64,000 nucleotides of DNA, taken from the NCBI GenBank assembly GCA_038214755.1, contig JBBQRQ010000004.1, forward strand, positions 32,001 to 96,000, written 5' to 3'. Position numbers and translations under genes: made by a program. The notes beneath the pieces were generated by a model. The model was given only the letters and a program-made list of their open reading frames with translations. It had not been told where the DNA came from and searched no databases. Every line of letters begins with the position of its first letter. The first letter of the stretch is position 1. Below are positions 1 through 9,892 of this stretch, piece by piece. The DNA comes from Verrucomicrobiota bacterium (GTDB lineage Bacteria > Verrucomicrobiota > Verrucomicrobiia > Limisphaerales > CANJXF01).

Positions 1-697
1 GGACGAGTTTCATTTTCTCCTCGGCAAATTTGTTTACGCCCGACAAAAAAAACTTGGCCTCCGCGATAGCTCGCTTCTTTCCACGGCCTACGAATGCGGC
101 ATCCCGATTTTTACGAGCAGTCCGGGCGATAGTTCCATCGGGATGAATGTGGCCGCGATGTCGATGCGCGATTCAAAACTTTTGCCAGACGTAAATCGGG
201 ATGTGAATCAAACCGCCGCCATCGTTTACGAAGCGAAATCGACCGGACACAAGTCCAGCGTTTTTATTCTGGGGGGCGGTTCGCCGAAAAATTTCATGCT
301 GCAAACCGAGCCGCAGATTCAGGAAGTGATGGGCATCGAGGAAAAGGGGCATGACTACTTTTTGCAATGCACTGACGCGCGGCCCGATACGGGCGGACTG
401 AGCGGCGCGACTCCAGCCGAAGCGGTGAGTTGGGGAAAAGTGGATCCCGATTCATTGCCTGATTGCGTCGTCGCTTATGTTGATTCAACTATTTCGCTTC
501 CGCTCCTGACGGCGTATTGCTTGAGTCGAACCAAGCCGCGAAAACTCAAACGCTTGTATGATCGGCGCGATGAAATGCTCAACAAGGTGCGAAATCTTTA
601 TTTAAAAACGGGGACTGTTTCAAAAGTTTTGACCAGCCGAAAAATTGCCAAACGCGCCAGCGGCATTGGAACGAAGACCGTAGATCGAGACCGCTAG
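1..697 (+). CDS. Deoxyhypusine synthase-like (homospermidine biosynthesis) protein, 5'-truncated by window edge
   Basis: Frame open from position 2 (DEFHFLLGK...[10 protein letters not shown]); motifs [27 protein letters not shown] (catalytic Lys). Confidence 0.88.
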   Translation, partial: DEFHFLLGKFVYARQKKLGLRDSSLLSTAYECGIPIFTSSPGDSSIGMNVAAMSMRDSKLLPDVNRDVNQTAAIVYEAKSTGHKSSVFILGGGSPKNFMLQTEPQIQEVMGIEEKGHDYFLQCTDARPDTGGLSGATPAEAVSWGKVDPDSLPDCVVAYVDSTISLPLLTAYCLSRTKPRKLKRLYDRRDEMLNKVRNLYLKTGTVSKVLTSRKIAKRASGIGTKTVDRDR

Positions 698-705
698 AGT
701 GATTT

Positions 706-773
706 GTAGGCGCCGACGTGAGGAGGCGGATCGGGATTAGTTCCGCAGACCGCTTCCTCAAGTCAGCGGCTAC
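706..773. repeat. REP-like palindrome pair, family A (GTAG-GCGCCGACGTGAGGAGGCGGA ... CTAC)
   Basis: Inverted pair between convergent genes; relatives at 11044-11113, 17671-17785, 42702-42780. Confidence 0.85.
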
Positions 774-804
774 ATTTTTTTTATAATCCGGTGCAAGCTC
801 AAGT

Positions 805-1242
805 CTATTCGTCGCTCTCTTCTCGCTCCTGAGTCGCTCTCCCTGCTGTCTTGGCCAGGCGCTTGAAATGTTTTTCCATCTTCGCCAATTGCTCATCCGA
901 CAAGTCTTCCAAGTCGATCAAATTATTGCGCGCTCCTTTGACCGCGAAAATCAACTCGTCCAGTTTGAGGTGAATCGCCTTGGCGTCGCGGTTCTGCGTG
1001 TTCTGAATTAAAAACACAATTAAAAAAGTAACGATGGTGGTGCCGGTGTTGATGACCAGTTGCCAGGTATCGGAGAATCCAAAAACCGGTCCGAGCGCAG
1101 CCCAGATTGCAATGGCTAGAACAGCGCCGAGAAACGACCACGCGTTACCCACAATCCCGGAGGTCCGGCTCGCCAGGATTCGGAACCAGCCACCGTTATT
1201 TTTTTGGCCTGCTGCGGTTTTTTTTTCTGCTGATTTTTTCAT
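805..1242 (-). CDS. Low-affinity iron permease (Fet4-like) family protein
   Basis: FSDTWQLVINTGTTIVTFLIVFLIQNTQNRDAKAIHLKLDELI signature. Confidence 0.9.
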   Translation of the reverse strand: MKKSAEKKTAAGQKNNGGWFRILASRTSGIVGNAWSFLGAVLAIAIWAALGPVFGFSDTWQLVINTGTTIVTFLIVFLIQNTQNRDAKAIHLKLDELIFAVKGARNNLIDLEDLSDEQLAKMEKHFKRLAKTAGRATQEREESDE

Positions 1243-1252
1243 AGGGTTTGAG

Positions 1253-2359
1253 TTAGCGCGCGTTGCTTTTTGGGAACATCACTTTTTCGGGCGCGGCGTT
1301 GAGCGCGGCTAATAATTTTCGGATCAAATCATTTTTGGTTCGGCCAGCCATTTTTGGATCGACCAGATAGCGCACGGTTGCTTCCAACCAGGTATTGTCA
1401 CCCACGCGAAAAAAAACGGAGGGCCGTTCTCGCACTTCCAAATGGTTGACGGGTGTTTGTGCGAGCAGCTCGCGAAAGATGGCGATTTGTTTTTTCATAT
1501 TTTCGCCCAATTCTTTCTCGGCAATTTTTTGCATCGTAGCGGCGACGAATTCCAAGTCGCTCTCGTAAGCGATTTGAAATTTTATTTCATTCCAGATGTA
1601 GGGGAACAGCGGCCACGAATAATTCCACACTTCTGTGCTCAAGACTTTTGAGTTGGGAAATTTAATAATTCTACCACTGGGATGGTCGGTCGAAAGATAA
1701 TCGCCGCCAAATTCCCAAAGCGTCGTGTCGAGGTAACTCACGTCGATCACGTCGCCTTTGGCCTCGCCGATTTTGATGCGGTCACCGACGCGATAAGGGT
1801 GGCGCGTTAAAATATAAATCCAACCCATGAAACTGGTAATGGGCGTTTGCAGCGAGAAACCGAGAATCAAAGAAATCAGCCCGAGCGACTTGAGCGATGC
1901 TCTCCAGTTGGAGAAGAGCATCGAGACGCAGAGGAACGCGATGGCCAACCCGGTGACTAAATGCAAAATGCGCGTCAGGTTGAAACGGGAGGCGGTGTCG
2001 CGAACGCGGGACAACAAATAAATCTCCACCACCTTCATCCCAAACAAAATGGCCGCGACGAAAACACCGCCCAACACGCCCGTTTCTATCAACTCGTGAT
2101 ATTCCCGCCAAAAAGTCCATCGAGACAATTCAGCGGAGAAAAATTTCAGCTTTAGAACAAAATAGGCGGCGAGAAATATTCCCAACGCGAAGAAGTATCC
2201 GGTGGCGATTACTTTGCGTTTGGTTTTGGTCTCGGTTTCTTTCTTTAGAGTGGAAGTGTGCGCGGTTTCTTCCAGCGCTTGCTTAACTTCCGGCTGATTT
2301 TTGATCGCTTCCACCTCAGCCTTTGGCGCGGGCGGCAAATTATTTTCTTCTTTTTCCAT
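1253..2359 (-). CDS. Small-conductance mechanosensitive channel (MscS family)
   Basis: TM helices then PYRVGDRIKIG..GDVIDV; start placed at MEKEE (ORF extends to 2386). Confidence 0.85.
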   Translation of the reverse strand: MEKEENNLPPAPKAEVEAIKNQPEVKQALEETAHTSTLKKETETKTKRKVIATGYFFALGIFLAAYFVLKLKFFSAELSRWTFWREYHELIETGVLGGVFVAAILFGMKVVEIYLLSRVRDTASRFNLTRILHLVTGLAIAFLCVSMLFSNWRASLKSLGLISLILGFSLQTPITSFMGWIYILTRHPYRVGDRIKIGEAKGDVIDVSYLDTTLWEFGGDYLSTDHPSGRIIKFPNSKVLSTEVWNYSWPLFPYIWNEIKFQIAYESDLEFVAATMQKIAEKELGENMKKQIAIFRELLAQTPVNHLEVRERPSVFFRVGDNTWLEATVRYLVDPKMAGRTKNDLIRKLLAALNAAPEKVMFPKSNAR

Positions 2360-2363
2360 GGGC

Positions 2364-4055
2364 TTATTTTTCCCGGACGACTTCACGGGCTTTTTTGTCT
2401 TCGCGCAACCCGAGGAAAACCGGATGCCGCAAATGCCCGTCGCGCGTCCACTCCGTGAAATGGATTTGCGCGACCAGATTCGGCTCGACCCAACTGCAAC
2501 GTTTCATTTCGGCGGCCGTCACGCCTTGCCCGTATCGGCCGGAACGTTTCTCGGGCAAGTTGGCAAAGGGGCATTGGTCGCGTTTGATTTTTTGAAATTC
2601 TTTGTAAAGCGAGGTCAACAGCGCCTGGTTGAAACCCGTCCCGACTTTTGAGGCGAAAATAAATTTCTCCTTTTCAAAATAGCCGACCAGTAGCGCGCCA
2701 AAAAAATCTCGCGAACCTTTCGGCTGGGTGTAGCCGCCAATGACGAATTCCTGGTCGTTGACGATTTTAATTTTAATCCAAGAGCCGGTGCGAAGCCCGG
2801 CTTCGTATTTGGAATCAACCCGTTTGGCGATGATCCCTTCCAAGCCGCGCTTGCGAATCTCGGCCAGGAGTTTATTGGGATCTCCGGTGATGTTGGCCGA
2901 GTAGCGGACCGGCTCGTGCGCGGGCACAGTGAGCTTTTGCAAAATTTCTCTTCGTCGCACCAGCGGAAAGCCGGTCAGTTTTTTTCCGTCGAGGTTGAGC
3001 AGATCGAAAACGTAAAAACAGAGTGGGCCGCGCGCTTGACCCGGCATGTTCGCCGTTTGCAACAGTTGAAAAGACGAGCGGCCTTTTTCGTCAAGCGCAA
3101 CGATTTCTCCGTCGAGAATTCCGTTTTGAAAAGGCAACTGGCGCACCGCGTCGGCGATGGAAGGAAAGCGCGCGGTCAAATCCTTGGCGGAACGGGAGAG
3201 CAACCTGACTTCGTCGTTTTGCTTAAGAGCCAGCGCGCGGAAGCCATCGAATTTTATTTCGTAAATCCAGTCGTCGCCGCGCGGTGGTTCTTGAGCCAAC
3301 CGGCATTTCATCGGCGCGAGGAATTCTATTCTCCCGGCAGGCGCATTTTCTAAAATAGCGTCAGGAGTTTTTTTTTGAGCCGGGGATTTTTTCTCGGGGG
3401 AAGCAGAACGGGCCAACGCCTCAATCTTCTTCGGGCTTTTCGTTTGGCGGCTGCTGCCCCATTGCGCGTCGTTGTCGTTGGCAATTTTTTCCATCGACCG
3501 ATGCGTCAAAACGGATTCGTCCTCTTTTTTTGCCGACAGCGGCTCCGCATCTTCGCCGGCTTTAAAAAGCAACCACGATTCTTTCTCACCCGGGCGGGGT
3601 CTGATCCGAATTAGCGCCCACTCTCCTTTCACTTTTTCCCCGGACAATTGCAGGTGCAACTTTCCTTCCTTCAAGCCAGTGAGCGGGTCCGTTCCCGAGA
3701 CTTCGTAAGTCCCCGTGTCCCAGACCATGACCGTGCCGCCGCCGTAATTTCCTTCGGGAATCGTCCCTTCGAAATGCGCGTAATCCATCGGATGATCTTC
3801 CACGTGGATGGCCAAATGTTTTTCGCCGCGCTTCATGGGCAATCCTTTCGGCACCGCCCATGATTTTAAAACACCTTCCATTTCGAGACGGAAATCGTAG
3901 TGCAAACGGCTGGCGTCGTGTTTCTGGATCACGAACATCAGGTCTTTGGCCGACTTCGATTTGGCGACGCGCGGCTTTGGCTCTTTTGTTTCGCGAAAAT
4001 TTCTTTTGGCTTCATACGTTTGCAAAGTGGTGTCGTGCGCAACCTTTTTTTTCAT
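2364..4055 (-). CDS. ligD: NHEJ DNA ligase D, 3'-phosphoesterase + ATP-dependent ligase domains
   Basis: FVIQKHDASRLHYDFRLE (PE domain); EIKFDGFR, EGIIAKR, LRHPVFLGLREDK (ligase). Confidence 0.93.
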   Translation of the reverse strand: MKKKVAHDTTLQTYEAKRNFRETKEPKPRVAKSKSAKDLMFVIQKHDASRLHYDFRLEMEGVLKSWAVPKGLPMKRGEKHLAIHVEDHPMDYAHFEGTIPEGNYGGGTVMVWDTGTYEVSGTDPLTGLKEGKLHLQLSGEKVKGEWALIRIRPRPGEKESWLLFKAGEDAEPLSAKKEDESVLTHRSMEKIANDNDAQWGSSRQTKSPKKIEALARSASPEKKSPAQKKTPDAILENAPAGRIEFLAPMKCRLAQEPPRGDDWIYEIKFDGFRALALKQNDEVRLLSRSAKDLTARFPSIADAVRQLPFQNGILDGEIVALDEKGRSSFQLLQTANMPGQARGPLCFYVFDLLNLDGKKLTGFPLVRRREILQKLTVPAHEPVRYSANITGDPNKLLAEIRKRGLEGIIAKRVDSKYEAGLRTGSWIKIKIVNDQEFVIGGYTQPKGSRDFFGALLVGYFEKEKFIFASKVGTGFNQALLTSLYKEFQKIKRDQCPFANLPEKRSGRYGQGVTAAEMKRCSWVEPNLVAQIHFTEWTRDGHLRHPVFLGLREDKKAREVVREK

Positions 4056-4966
4056 ACGAGGTTCGCTTTCAAACGTTGTTTCAATTGCAAGACCGGCTCA
4101 AAAAGGTCGCCATGTTTTTCGACACGTTTCAAAACTTGATCGGACGTGAAAACCAATTTTTCGGGATCGCCTTTTTTCAAAGTGGCTTCGACTTCGGCCC
4201 AGGTCAGCGGCGTTGAGACCGTCGGAAATTCCTTGGCGCGGAGCGAGTAAACGCAAACCGTCGTCTTGTGGTCGTCGTTCTGGCTCCAATCGACGAAAAC
4301 TTTTCCGGCGCGAAGGGCTTTTGCCATTCGAGATACGACCAGTTCTGGATGCTCACGTTCGAGACGTTCGGCGAGGTGTTTTGCGAAAGTTTTTGTGATT
4401 TCATAATTAGTGGGTGTGTTCAAGGGCGCGTAAATTTGCAGTCCTTTCGAGCCGGAAGTTTTTGGAAAACATGCGAGACCGAAATCATTTAAAATTGTCC
4501 GCAACCAAATTCCGACCTGACAGCATTGGACAATGTTCGCGGGCGGGCCGGGGTCCAAATCGAAGACGACCATGGTGGGAGATTGGATTTTGGGATAGCG
4601 CGCCAGGGACGTGTGCAATTCGAGATCAGCCAGGTTCGCCGCCCAAACGAGCGTGGGCAAATCGTTGGCCATGCAAAAATAAATGTCCGCTTGATTTCCT
4701 TCGCTCCAAACTTTGGCGGTGTTGACCCACGGTGGCCGGTGGGAGGGACATTTTTTTTCGTAGAAAAATTCCGCTTCAACTCCGTTTGGATAACGCTTCA
4801 AGGTGAGCGGTCGCATTTTCAAATGGGGCAGAAGAACGGGGGAAACCCGAATGTAATAATCAATGACCTGGCCTTTGGTGAAGCGGGCTTTTGGATATAA
4901 AATTTTGTCGAGGTTCGACACCTGCAATCGTTTTCCTCCGACCTCCAATTCTGTCTCCTGGCGCAT
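4052..4966 (-). CDS. Stand-alone LigD primase-polymerase domain protein
   Basis: VSNLDKILYP, RYPNGV, FDLDPG, KTSGSKGLQ, VFVDWSQN, YSLRA motifs; 4-nt overlap with ligase gene. Confidence 0.92.
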   Translation of the reverse strand: MRQETELEVGGKRLQVSNLDKILYPKARFTKGQVIDYYIRVSPVLLPHLKMRPLTLKRYPNGVEAEFFYEKKCPSHRPPWVNTAKVWSEGNQADIYFCMANDLPTLVWAANLADLELHTSLARYPKIQSPTMVVFDLDPGPPANIVQCCQVGIWLRTILNDFGLACFPKTSGSKGLQIYAPLNTPTNYEITKTFAKHLAERLEREHPELVVSRMAKALRAGKVFVDWSQNDDHKTTVCVYSLRAKEFPTVSTPLTWAEVEATLKKGDPEKLVFTSDQVLKRVEKHGDLFEPVLQLKQRLKANLV

Positions 4967-5080
4967 GAGGAAAAGTAGATTGGGCCGAGCAGTTAGGGAA
5001 ATCGGGACTTGCCCTAAAAGCCCGTGCTCGAAAATGCTGAACTTCGAGGAAGATGACGAATGAGACTTATAGGACTGATC

Positions 5081-7225
5081 TTAAATTTTTACCGTGCCGA
5101 GGGCGGGGATGGGAATATCTTCGGCAGCGGGAATTTCTGAAACTATTTTCCACGGGACTTCGTAAATATTTACCGCGTTGCGAAAACCTTTTACTTTTTC
5201 CGGGGGCAACGCGACGCAAGTTGCGGCAAGGCGAGGGTCGTCGCGCTCGAGATCGCGGAAGGTGGCTTCGCCGATGATGATTCGCCCGCGGCCCGACACC
5301 CCTTCGAGGCGGCTGGCCAGATTTACTTCGCGGCCGAAAACGGTGTAATTCAAACCGTGCGTATCCGACCCCATCAGTCCGGCAATTATGGTGCCGGTGT
5401 TGATGCCGCTGCCGAGGGTCAAGAGAGGAAGCATTTGCAAAGGCGGCTGGCCGGTGGCGACTCTGGCCAGATTTTCCTGCTCGCGTTTTTTATTTTCGAG
5501 GGCGCGTTGTTGATTGAGCACGTGCATGGCGCGCTGCGAATCGATGGCGGCGCGAACACAGCAGAGCGCGTGTTGATGGTTGGTGATGGGCGCGCCCCAA
5601 AAAGCCATCACGCAATCGCCGATGTATTTGTCCAAAGTGCCGTGATGCTCTTTGACTTTGTCGGCGATGGTTCCGAGATAAAGGTTGACGGTGGCGAGAG
5701 TCTCCCGGGCTTGCGCGTCGAAATGCGCTTCAGCGGCCAGGCCGGTCAATTTGTTTTCCTGAACGTATTCTTCGGCGCGGGACTGGTGCAGATCAGTCAT
5801 TTCGGTGAAACCGCGCACGTCCGCGAAGTAAACGGTGATCTGACGGCGAGCGCCGCCGAGGGAAAGTTTTTGGACATTGAGAAGCTCGTTGACGACGCTG
5901 GGCGAAACCATTTTGGAAAAAACCGCTTTGACTCGACGCCGCTCGTTTTGCTCGACCAGAACGCGATAAGTCACCAGGCAGAGGTGACTTAACACCATGG
6001 CGAAGACGACCGGCACCACCAGCGGAATCCAATAGCGAAACTGCACAAACAAATAAAAACTCGCGGCGATGTAGAGCAGGATGGCGAGAGCGACGGAGAC
6101 GGACGCCGCCACGGCGCGCAATTGGAGAGTAAGCCACGCGGAGAGAACACCCGTGAGCACGATCAACAACACGGCAATGAGATAAGGGGTTGGGCGAATG
6201 AAGCGGTTCGTCAGAACGGAATTGGCGACGTTCCAATGTTTGCTAAGGAGGTAGTCTTGTTTGTTGAGCGGAGTCGCGCCGCGATCGGTGAGATTGTTGC
6301 CCACCAGGGTTGACCCGATGACGACTAATTTATTTTTGAACGGCGCATCCCCGGCCAGGTTACTTCGGCCCGATTCCGATCGAAACAAATCGAGAGCTTG
6401 CCGATACAAAGCGAGGTCTCCCGATTGGCGAATTTTATCAAACTCAATCAGCGCGCCGTAGGGCATCACCGTCAATCGCTTTGGATCATCCCAGGGGATG
6501 CTCCAGTTGATTAAAAAATCCCCGTTCTCATCGACTGGAATTATTCGTCGCTCGCCCGTCGATGAATTTAAAATAATTCTGCGCGGCTGGATGACGGCGC
6601 GGTCCAAATCCAAGGCGAGCGCCTTGGCGGCCAGAACAATCCCCATGTGCCAGCGGCGACCGTGCTGAGGATCATCCATGAAAACTTTGGCGCGGCGCAA
6701 CACGCCGTCGGAATCGGATTCCGCCGCGATGTCGCCCACCGCCATTGCGTTGGAGGCGAAAAGGGGCGGGGGAAAAATTTCCGACTCAGAAGCCAAAACA
6801 ACATTGCCGGCCGCGCGCATTTGGTCCGCAAAAAAAACGTCCGATTCAACCAGACTTCGGTCGGGCATGGCGACCAGTGAATCGAAGGGCCGCAGTTCAC
6901 CGAACAGGATGTCGAAACCGACCGCCGTGGCGCCCTGCGCAGCGAGTTCGCGCACAACTTTTCCGTGCAACTGTCGCGGGAATGGCCAGGCCAGGTTCCC
7001 CAAAATTTTGACAGTAATTTCGTCCAGCCGAATCACCGCCAGATTGGTGGCGGAAGGGACGGGAAATTTTTGAGCGACTTTGACGCGCTGATCGTAGGTG
7101 ACCCATTCCAGCCGTTTGAAAAAATCAAAACGATTGGAAAAAAATTGGGATTGAAAAAAACAGGCGAGGCTGATGGTGGTGACTGCGATGAGAACAGGAA
7201 CGGGCTTGAAGGACTTCAGGTTCAC
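5081..7225 (-). CDS. CHASE2-domain class III adenylate/guanylate cyclase
   Basis: WPFPR, GFDILF, DSDGVLRR (CHASE2), three TMs, FADVRGFT, DKYIGDCVMAFW, VNLASRLE. Confidence 0.92.
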   Translation of the reverse strand: MNLKSFKPVPVLIAVTTISLACFFQSQFFSNRFDFFKRLEWVTYDQRVKVAQKFPVPSATNLAVIRLDEITVKILGNLAWPFPRQLHGKVVRELAAQGATAVGFDILFGELRPFDSLVAMPDRSLVESDVFFADQMRAAGNVVLASESEIFPPPLFASNAMAVGDIAAESDSDGVLRRAKVFMDDPQHGRRWHMGIVLAAKALALDLDRAVIQPRRIILNSSTGERRIIPVDENGDFLINWSIPWDDPKRLTVMPYGALIEFDKIRQSGDLALYRQALDLFRSESGRSNLAGDAPFKNKLVVIGSTLVGNNLTDRGATPLNKQDYLLSKHWNVANSVLTNRFIRPTPYLIAVLLIVLTGVLSAWLTLQLRAVAASVSVALAILLYIAASFYLFVQFRYWIPLVVPVVFAMVLSHLCLVTYRVLVEQNERRRVKAVFSKMVSPSVVNELLNVQKLSLGGARRQITVYFADVRGFTEMTDLHQSRAEEYVQENKLTGLAAEAHFDAQARETLATVNLYLGTIADKVKEHHGTLDKYIGDCVMAFWGAPITNHQHALCCVRAAIDSQRAMHVLNQQRALENKKREQENLARVATGQPPLQMLPLLTLGSGINTGTIIAGLMGSDTHGLNYTVFGREVNLASRLEGVSGRGRIIIGEATFRDLERDDPRLAATCVALPPEKVKGFRNAVNIYEVPWKIVSEIPAAEDIPIPALGTVKI

Positions 7226-7237
7226 TTACGCGAGCTA

Positions 7238-7276
7238 AACAAAAAACCCAGAGCAACACAAGGTCACTCTGGGTTT
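7238..7276 (-). terminator. Intrinsic terminator downstream of FecR-like gene
   Basis: AAACCCAGAG/CTCTGGGTTT stem followed by a T-run on the minus strand. Confidence 0.65.
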
Positions 7277-7314
7277 GAAACCCGGTTAATTAGAACGGCC
7301 TAAACTCACTCTCC

Positions 7315-8088
7315 CTATGGGGAGGGTTCGCGCGGAACAAAGGGAGCGCCAATCGTGGGAGAAACCCGTTGTTCGATCGCGGAGATGACGGACGGTAAAG
7401 TTCGTGTCGGAGGATTTGCGTTGAGAAGCAAAGCGATTTGATCCCGGTAAAATTCCAAGAGTTGGGCGGGAGCTGGCTTCACGGGACTTCCCGGTGTCCA
7501 GGATTCACCGGCATTGAGCACAACAGTTTCAGGAGTGCCATTGACCATCGCTACCACGACCAGCGTGCCGTCCACGTCGGTGAAGGTGACTTCGTAGGTT
7601 CCATCGGCGCGTTGTTTGACCGAGACAACGTAATCAGTCCCGCGAATACCGGCGACGCCGTTCGGGGTTTTGATTTCGTATTTGGAGGCTTTGGCCAACT
7701 TCTTGACGTTGCCAATCAGGGTTCCGTTTTGAACGCTGAGCCGAGTTTCAATGACGCTGTCCATGCCGGTGCCGGCGAAAGTTAATTTATCGAGACTGAC
7801 GGTGGAATTGGGAGCGATACGGATCAGTGGTCCATTTGGGCCGAGATCCAAATCGACGATCGACTCCACGGCCGTTTTCACGGTCGAGCCTGGATGAAGG
7901 GTTGCTCCGGTCTTGAGCGGAACCCACGCGCCGCTGTCGGCGGAGTATTGAGCCGAGCCTTTTATTTGACGAACCTTTGCGCTGCCTTGCTGCATGGTTT
8001 GCGCGTTGAGATCAAAAGCCAGGGAGGTCAATGCCAAGGCGGAGACGCAAGCGAGGAGCTTGCCCGTGAAGTTTCCAAATAGTTTCAT
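7315..8088 (-). CDS. Exported FecR-domain protein
   Basis: Signal peptide; YEIKTPNGVAGIRGTDY FecR-type motif. Confidence 0.82.
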   Translation of the reverse strand: MKLFGNFTGKLLACVSALALTSLAFDLNAQTMQQGSAKVRQIKGSAQYSADSGAWVPLKTGATLHPGSTVKTAVESIVDLDLGPNGPLIRIAPNSTVSLDKLTFAGTGMDSVIETRLSVQNGTLIGNVKKLAKASKYEIKTPNGVAGIRGTDYVVSVKQRADGTYEVTFTDVDGTLVVVAMVNGTPETVVLNAGESWTPGSPVKPAPAQLLEFYRDQIALLLNANPPTRTLPSVISAIEQRVSPTIGAPFVPREPSP

Positions 8089-8148
8089 AGTTTTATTAGT
8101 AAAACGTTGTTTCGAGTGAAAGCAAATTAGGGATTCAATTACCGGCTG

Positions 8149-9249
8149 TCAATTATTTATCTGCGATAATTTGGCGACGGTGTCCGAGACCAAAGCTGGC
8201 GGCACTTTAACCCCAAAAACGACTTTCCCAATTTTTTTTGCCAGGACAAACCGCGCTTCGCCGCCGCTGACTTTTTTGTCCAGTTGCATCGCTTTGAATA
8301 ATTTTTTTTGTTCTGCGGGCGATAATTTTATCGTGGTGGGCAACTGCGCGGCGGAAAAGAGATTGATGATCCGCGCTACGTCTGATTCCGGCAGCGCGCA
8401 AATGGGCGCGGAAAGTCTGGCCGCTGCAACCTGTCCGATGGAGATCGCTTCTCCATGAAGATATTTGCCGTAACCGGAAATGGCTTCAATGGCGTGCCCG
8501 ATGGTGTGGCCGAAATTTAAAATGGCGCGGAGGCCGGATTCCGTTTCGTCCTGCGCCACCACCTCAGCCTTGATCTGGCAACAACGCGCGATGATCGACG
8601 CCAAAATTTTGGAATCCTGCTGAAGAATTTTTGGCAAATCGCGCTCCAGATTTTTGAACAGCGTCGCGTCGTAGATGATCCCGTATTTGATTACTTCGGC
8701 TAGACCGGCGCGAAATTCCCGGTCCGGCAAAGTTTTCAATGCGCCCAAATCGCACAGCACCAGGCGCGGTTGATAAAATGCGCCGACTAAATTTTTTCCC
8801 GCCCGCAAATTGACTCCGACCTTTCCGCCCACCGAACTATCGACCTGCGCGAGCAAAGTGGTCGGCGCCTGGACGAAAGGGATTCCGCGCAGATAAGTCG
8901 CGGCAACGAACCCGGCCAAGTCGCCAACCACGCCGCCGCCCAGAGCAACGACCAAAGATTTCCGCTCGATTCGATGGGCGGCGAGTTGGTCGTAACAATC
9001 GTGAACGGTTTCCAGATTTTTCGCGGTTTCTCCAGCGGGAATGGTGATGAGAACTGGATCAAAGCCGGCAAGACGCAGGGAACGCATCGCGGTCTTTCCA
9101 TAAAGGGCGGCAACGTTGCGATCGGAAATGACGGCGCAACGTTTGGCAAATTTGAAACGAACGCAACGTTGACCGAGTTCGGGAAGCAAATTCGTTCCGA
9201 TCAAAATCGAATACGTTCTTGGCCCGAGATTCACGTTCACGGTCTTCAT
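8149..9249 (-). CDS. aroB: 3-dehydroquinate synthase
   Basis: GGGVVGDLAGF, PTTLLAQVDSSVGGK, LNFGHTIGHAIE, LHGEAI. Confidence 0.97.
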   Translation of the reverse strand: MKTVNVNLGPRTYSILIGTNLLPELGQRCVRFKFAKRCAVISDRNVAALYGKTAMRSLRLAGFDPVLITIPAGETAKNLETVHDCYDQLAAHRIERKSLVVALGGGVVGDLAGFVAATYLRGIPFVQAPTTLLAQVDSSVGGKVGVNLRAGKNLVGAFYQPRLVLCDLGALKTLPDREFRAGLAEVIKYGIIYDATLFKNLERDLPKILQQDSKILASIIARCCQIKAEVVAQDETESGLRAILNFGHTIGHAIEAISGYGKYLHGEAISIGQVAAARLSAPICALPESDVARIINLFSAAQLPTTIKLSPAEQKKLFKAMQLDKKVSGGEARFVLAKKIGKVVFGVKVPPALVSDTVAKLSQINN

Positions 9250-9376
9250 ACGAAAACGATAGGTCTTGAAAACGATAGGTCTTTCGCGGGAGGAGAAAAC
9301 AAAAAACCGTAGAGGTCACGCGCGAGGTTTTTTTGCGAAGATATTCTTTGAGCGAAAGAAATTAGCCCGCAGCGCG

Positions 9377-9510
9377 AAATCCGAAATCCGAAAGAAATCC
9401 GAAGCTCGAAAGCCGAAAGTGGGTGCGGAACTTTCTTGGGTGGCGAGGCACGGTCCGTGACGCTGGCGGGAAGTCGTTTCGATATTCGGATTTCGGGGAT
9501 TCGGATTTCA
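9377..9510. repeat. Inverted clusters of TCCGAAA-like heptamers
   Basis: aaatccgaaatccgaaagaaatccgaag ... ttcggatttcggggattcggattt; same architecture at 40772-41037. Confidence 0.8.
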
Positions 9511-9514
9511 AGCC

Positions 9515-9769
9515 TTACGCGACGACCGCTGCTTCCATTTCGCCGTTGTTGCCGATCGCCTCGACCGGGCAGCCTTCCATCGCTTCTTTGCACTGGGCTT
9601 CTTCGTCCGGCGTGGTGGGTTGTTTGAACACGTAGGAGTAACCGCCGTCGTCGTTGCGGGTGAAATTGCTCGGCGCAGTTTCGCGGCAGAGGTCGCAATC
9701 GATGCACTGGTTATCCACGTAATATTTGCCACCCACGTTTTCCGGATATTTATTTGCGATGTCAGCCAT
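9515..9769 (-). CDS. Single-cluster ferredoxin
   Basis: CIDCDLC...CPVEAIG; start placed at MADIANK. Confidence 0.92.
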   Translation of the reverse strand: MADIANKYPENVGGKYYVDNQCIDCDLCRETAPSNFTRNDDGGYSYVFKQPTTPDEEAQCKEAMEGCPVEAIGNNGEMEAAVVA

Positions 9770-9892
9770 AAAAATTTTTGTTGCGTCGGGAATATATGTT
9801 TCGCTACAGGCGGGTTTCAAGTGTTGATTTTTTTCCGGCGGCACTTTCTTCCACAAGTTTGAACTTAAAACTTTGGGCTTCGAACTATTCTC

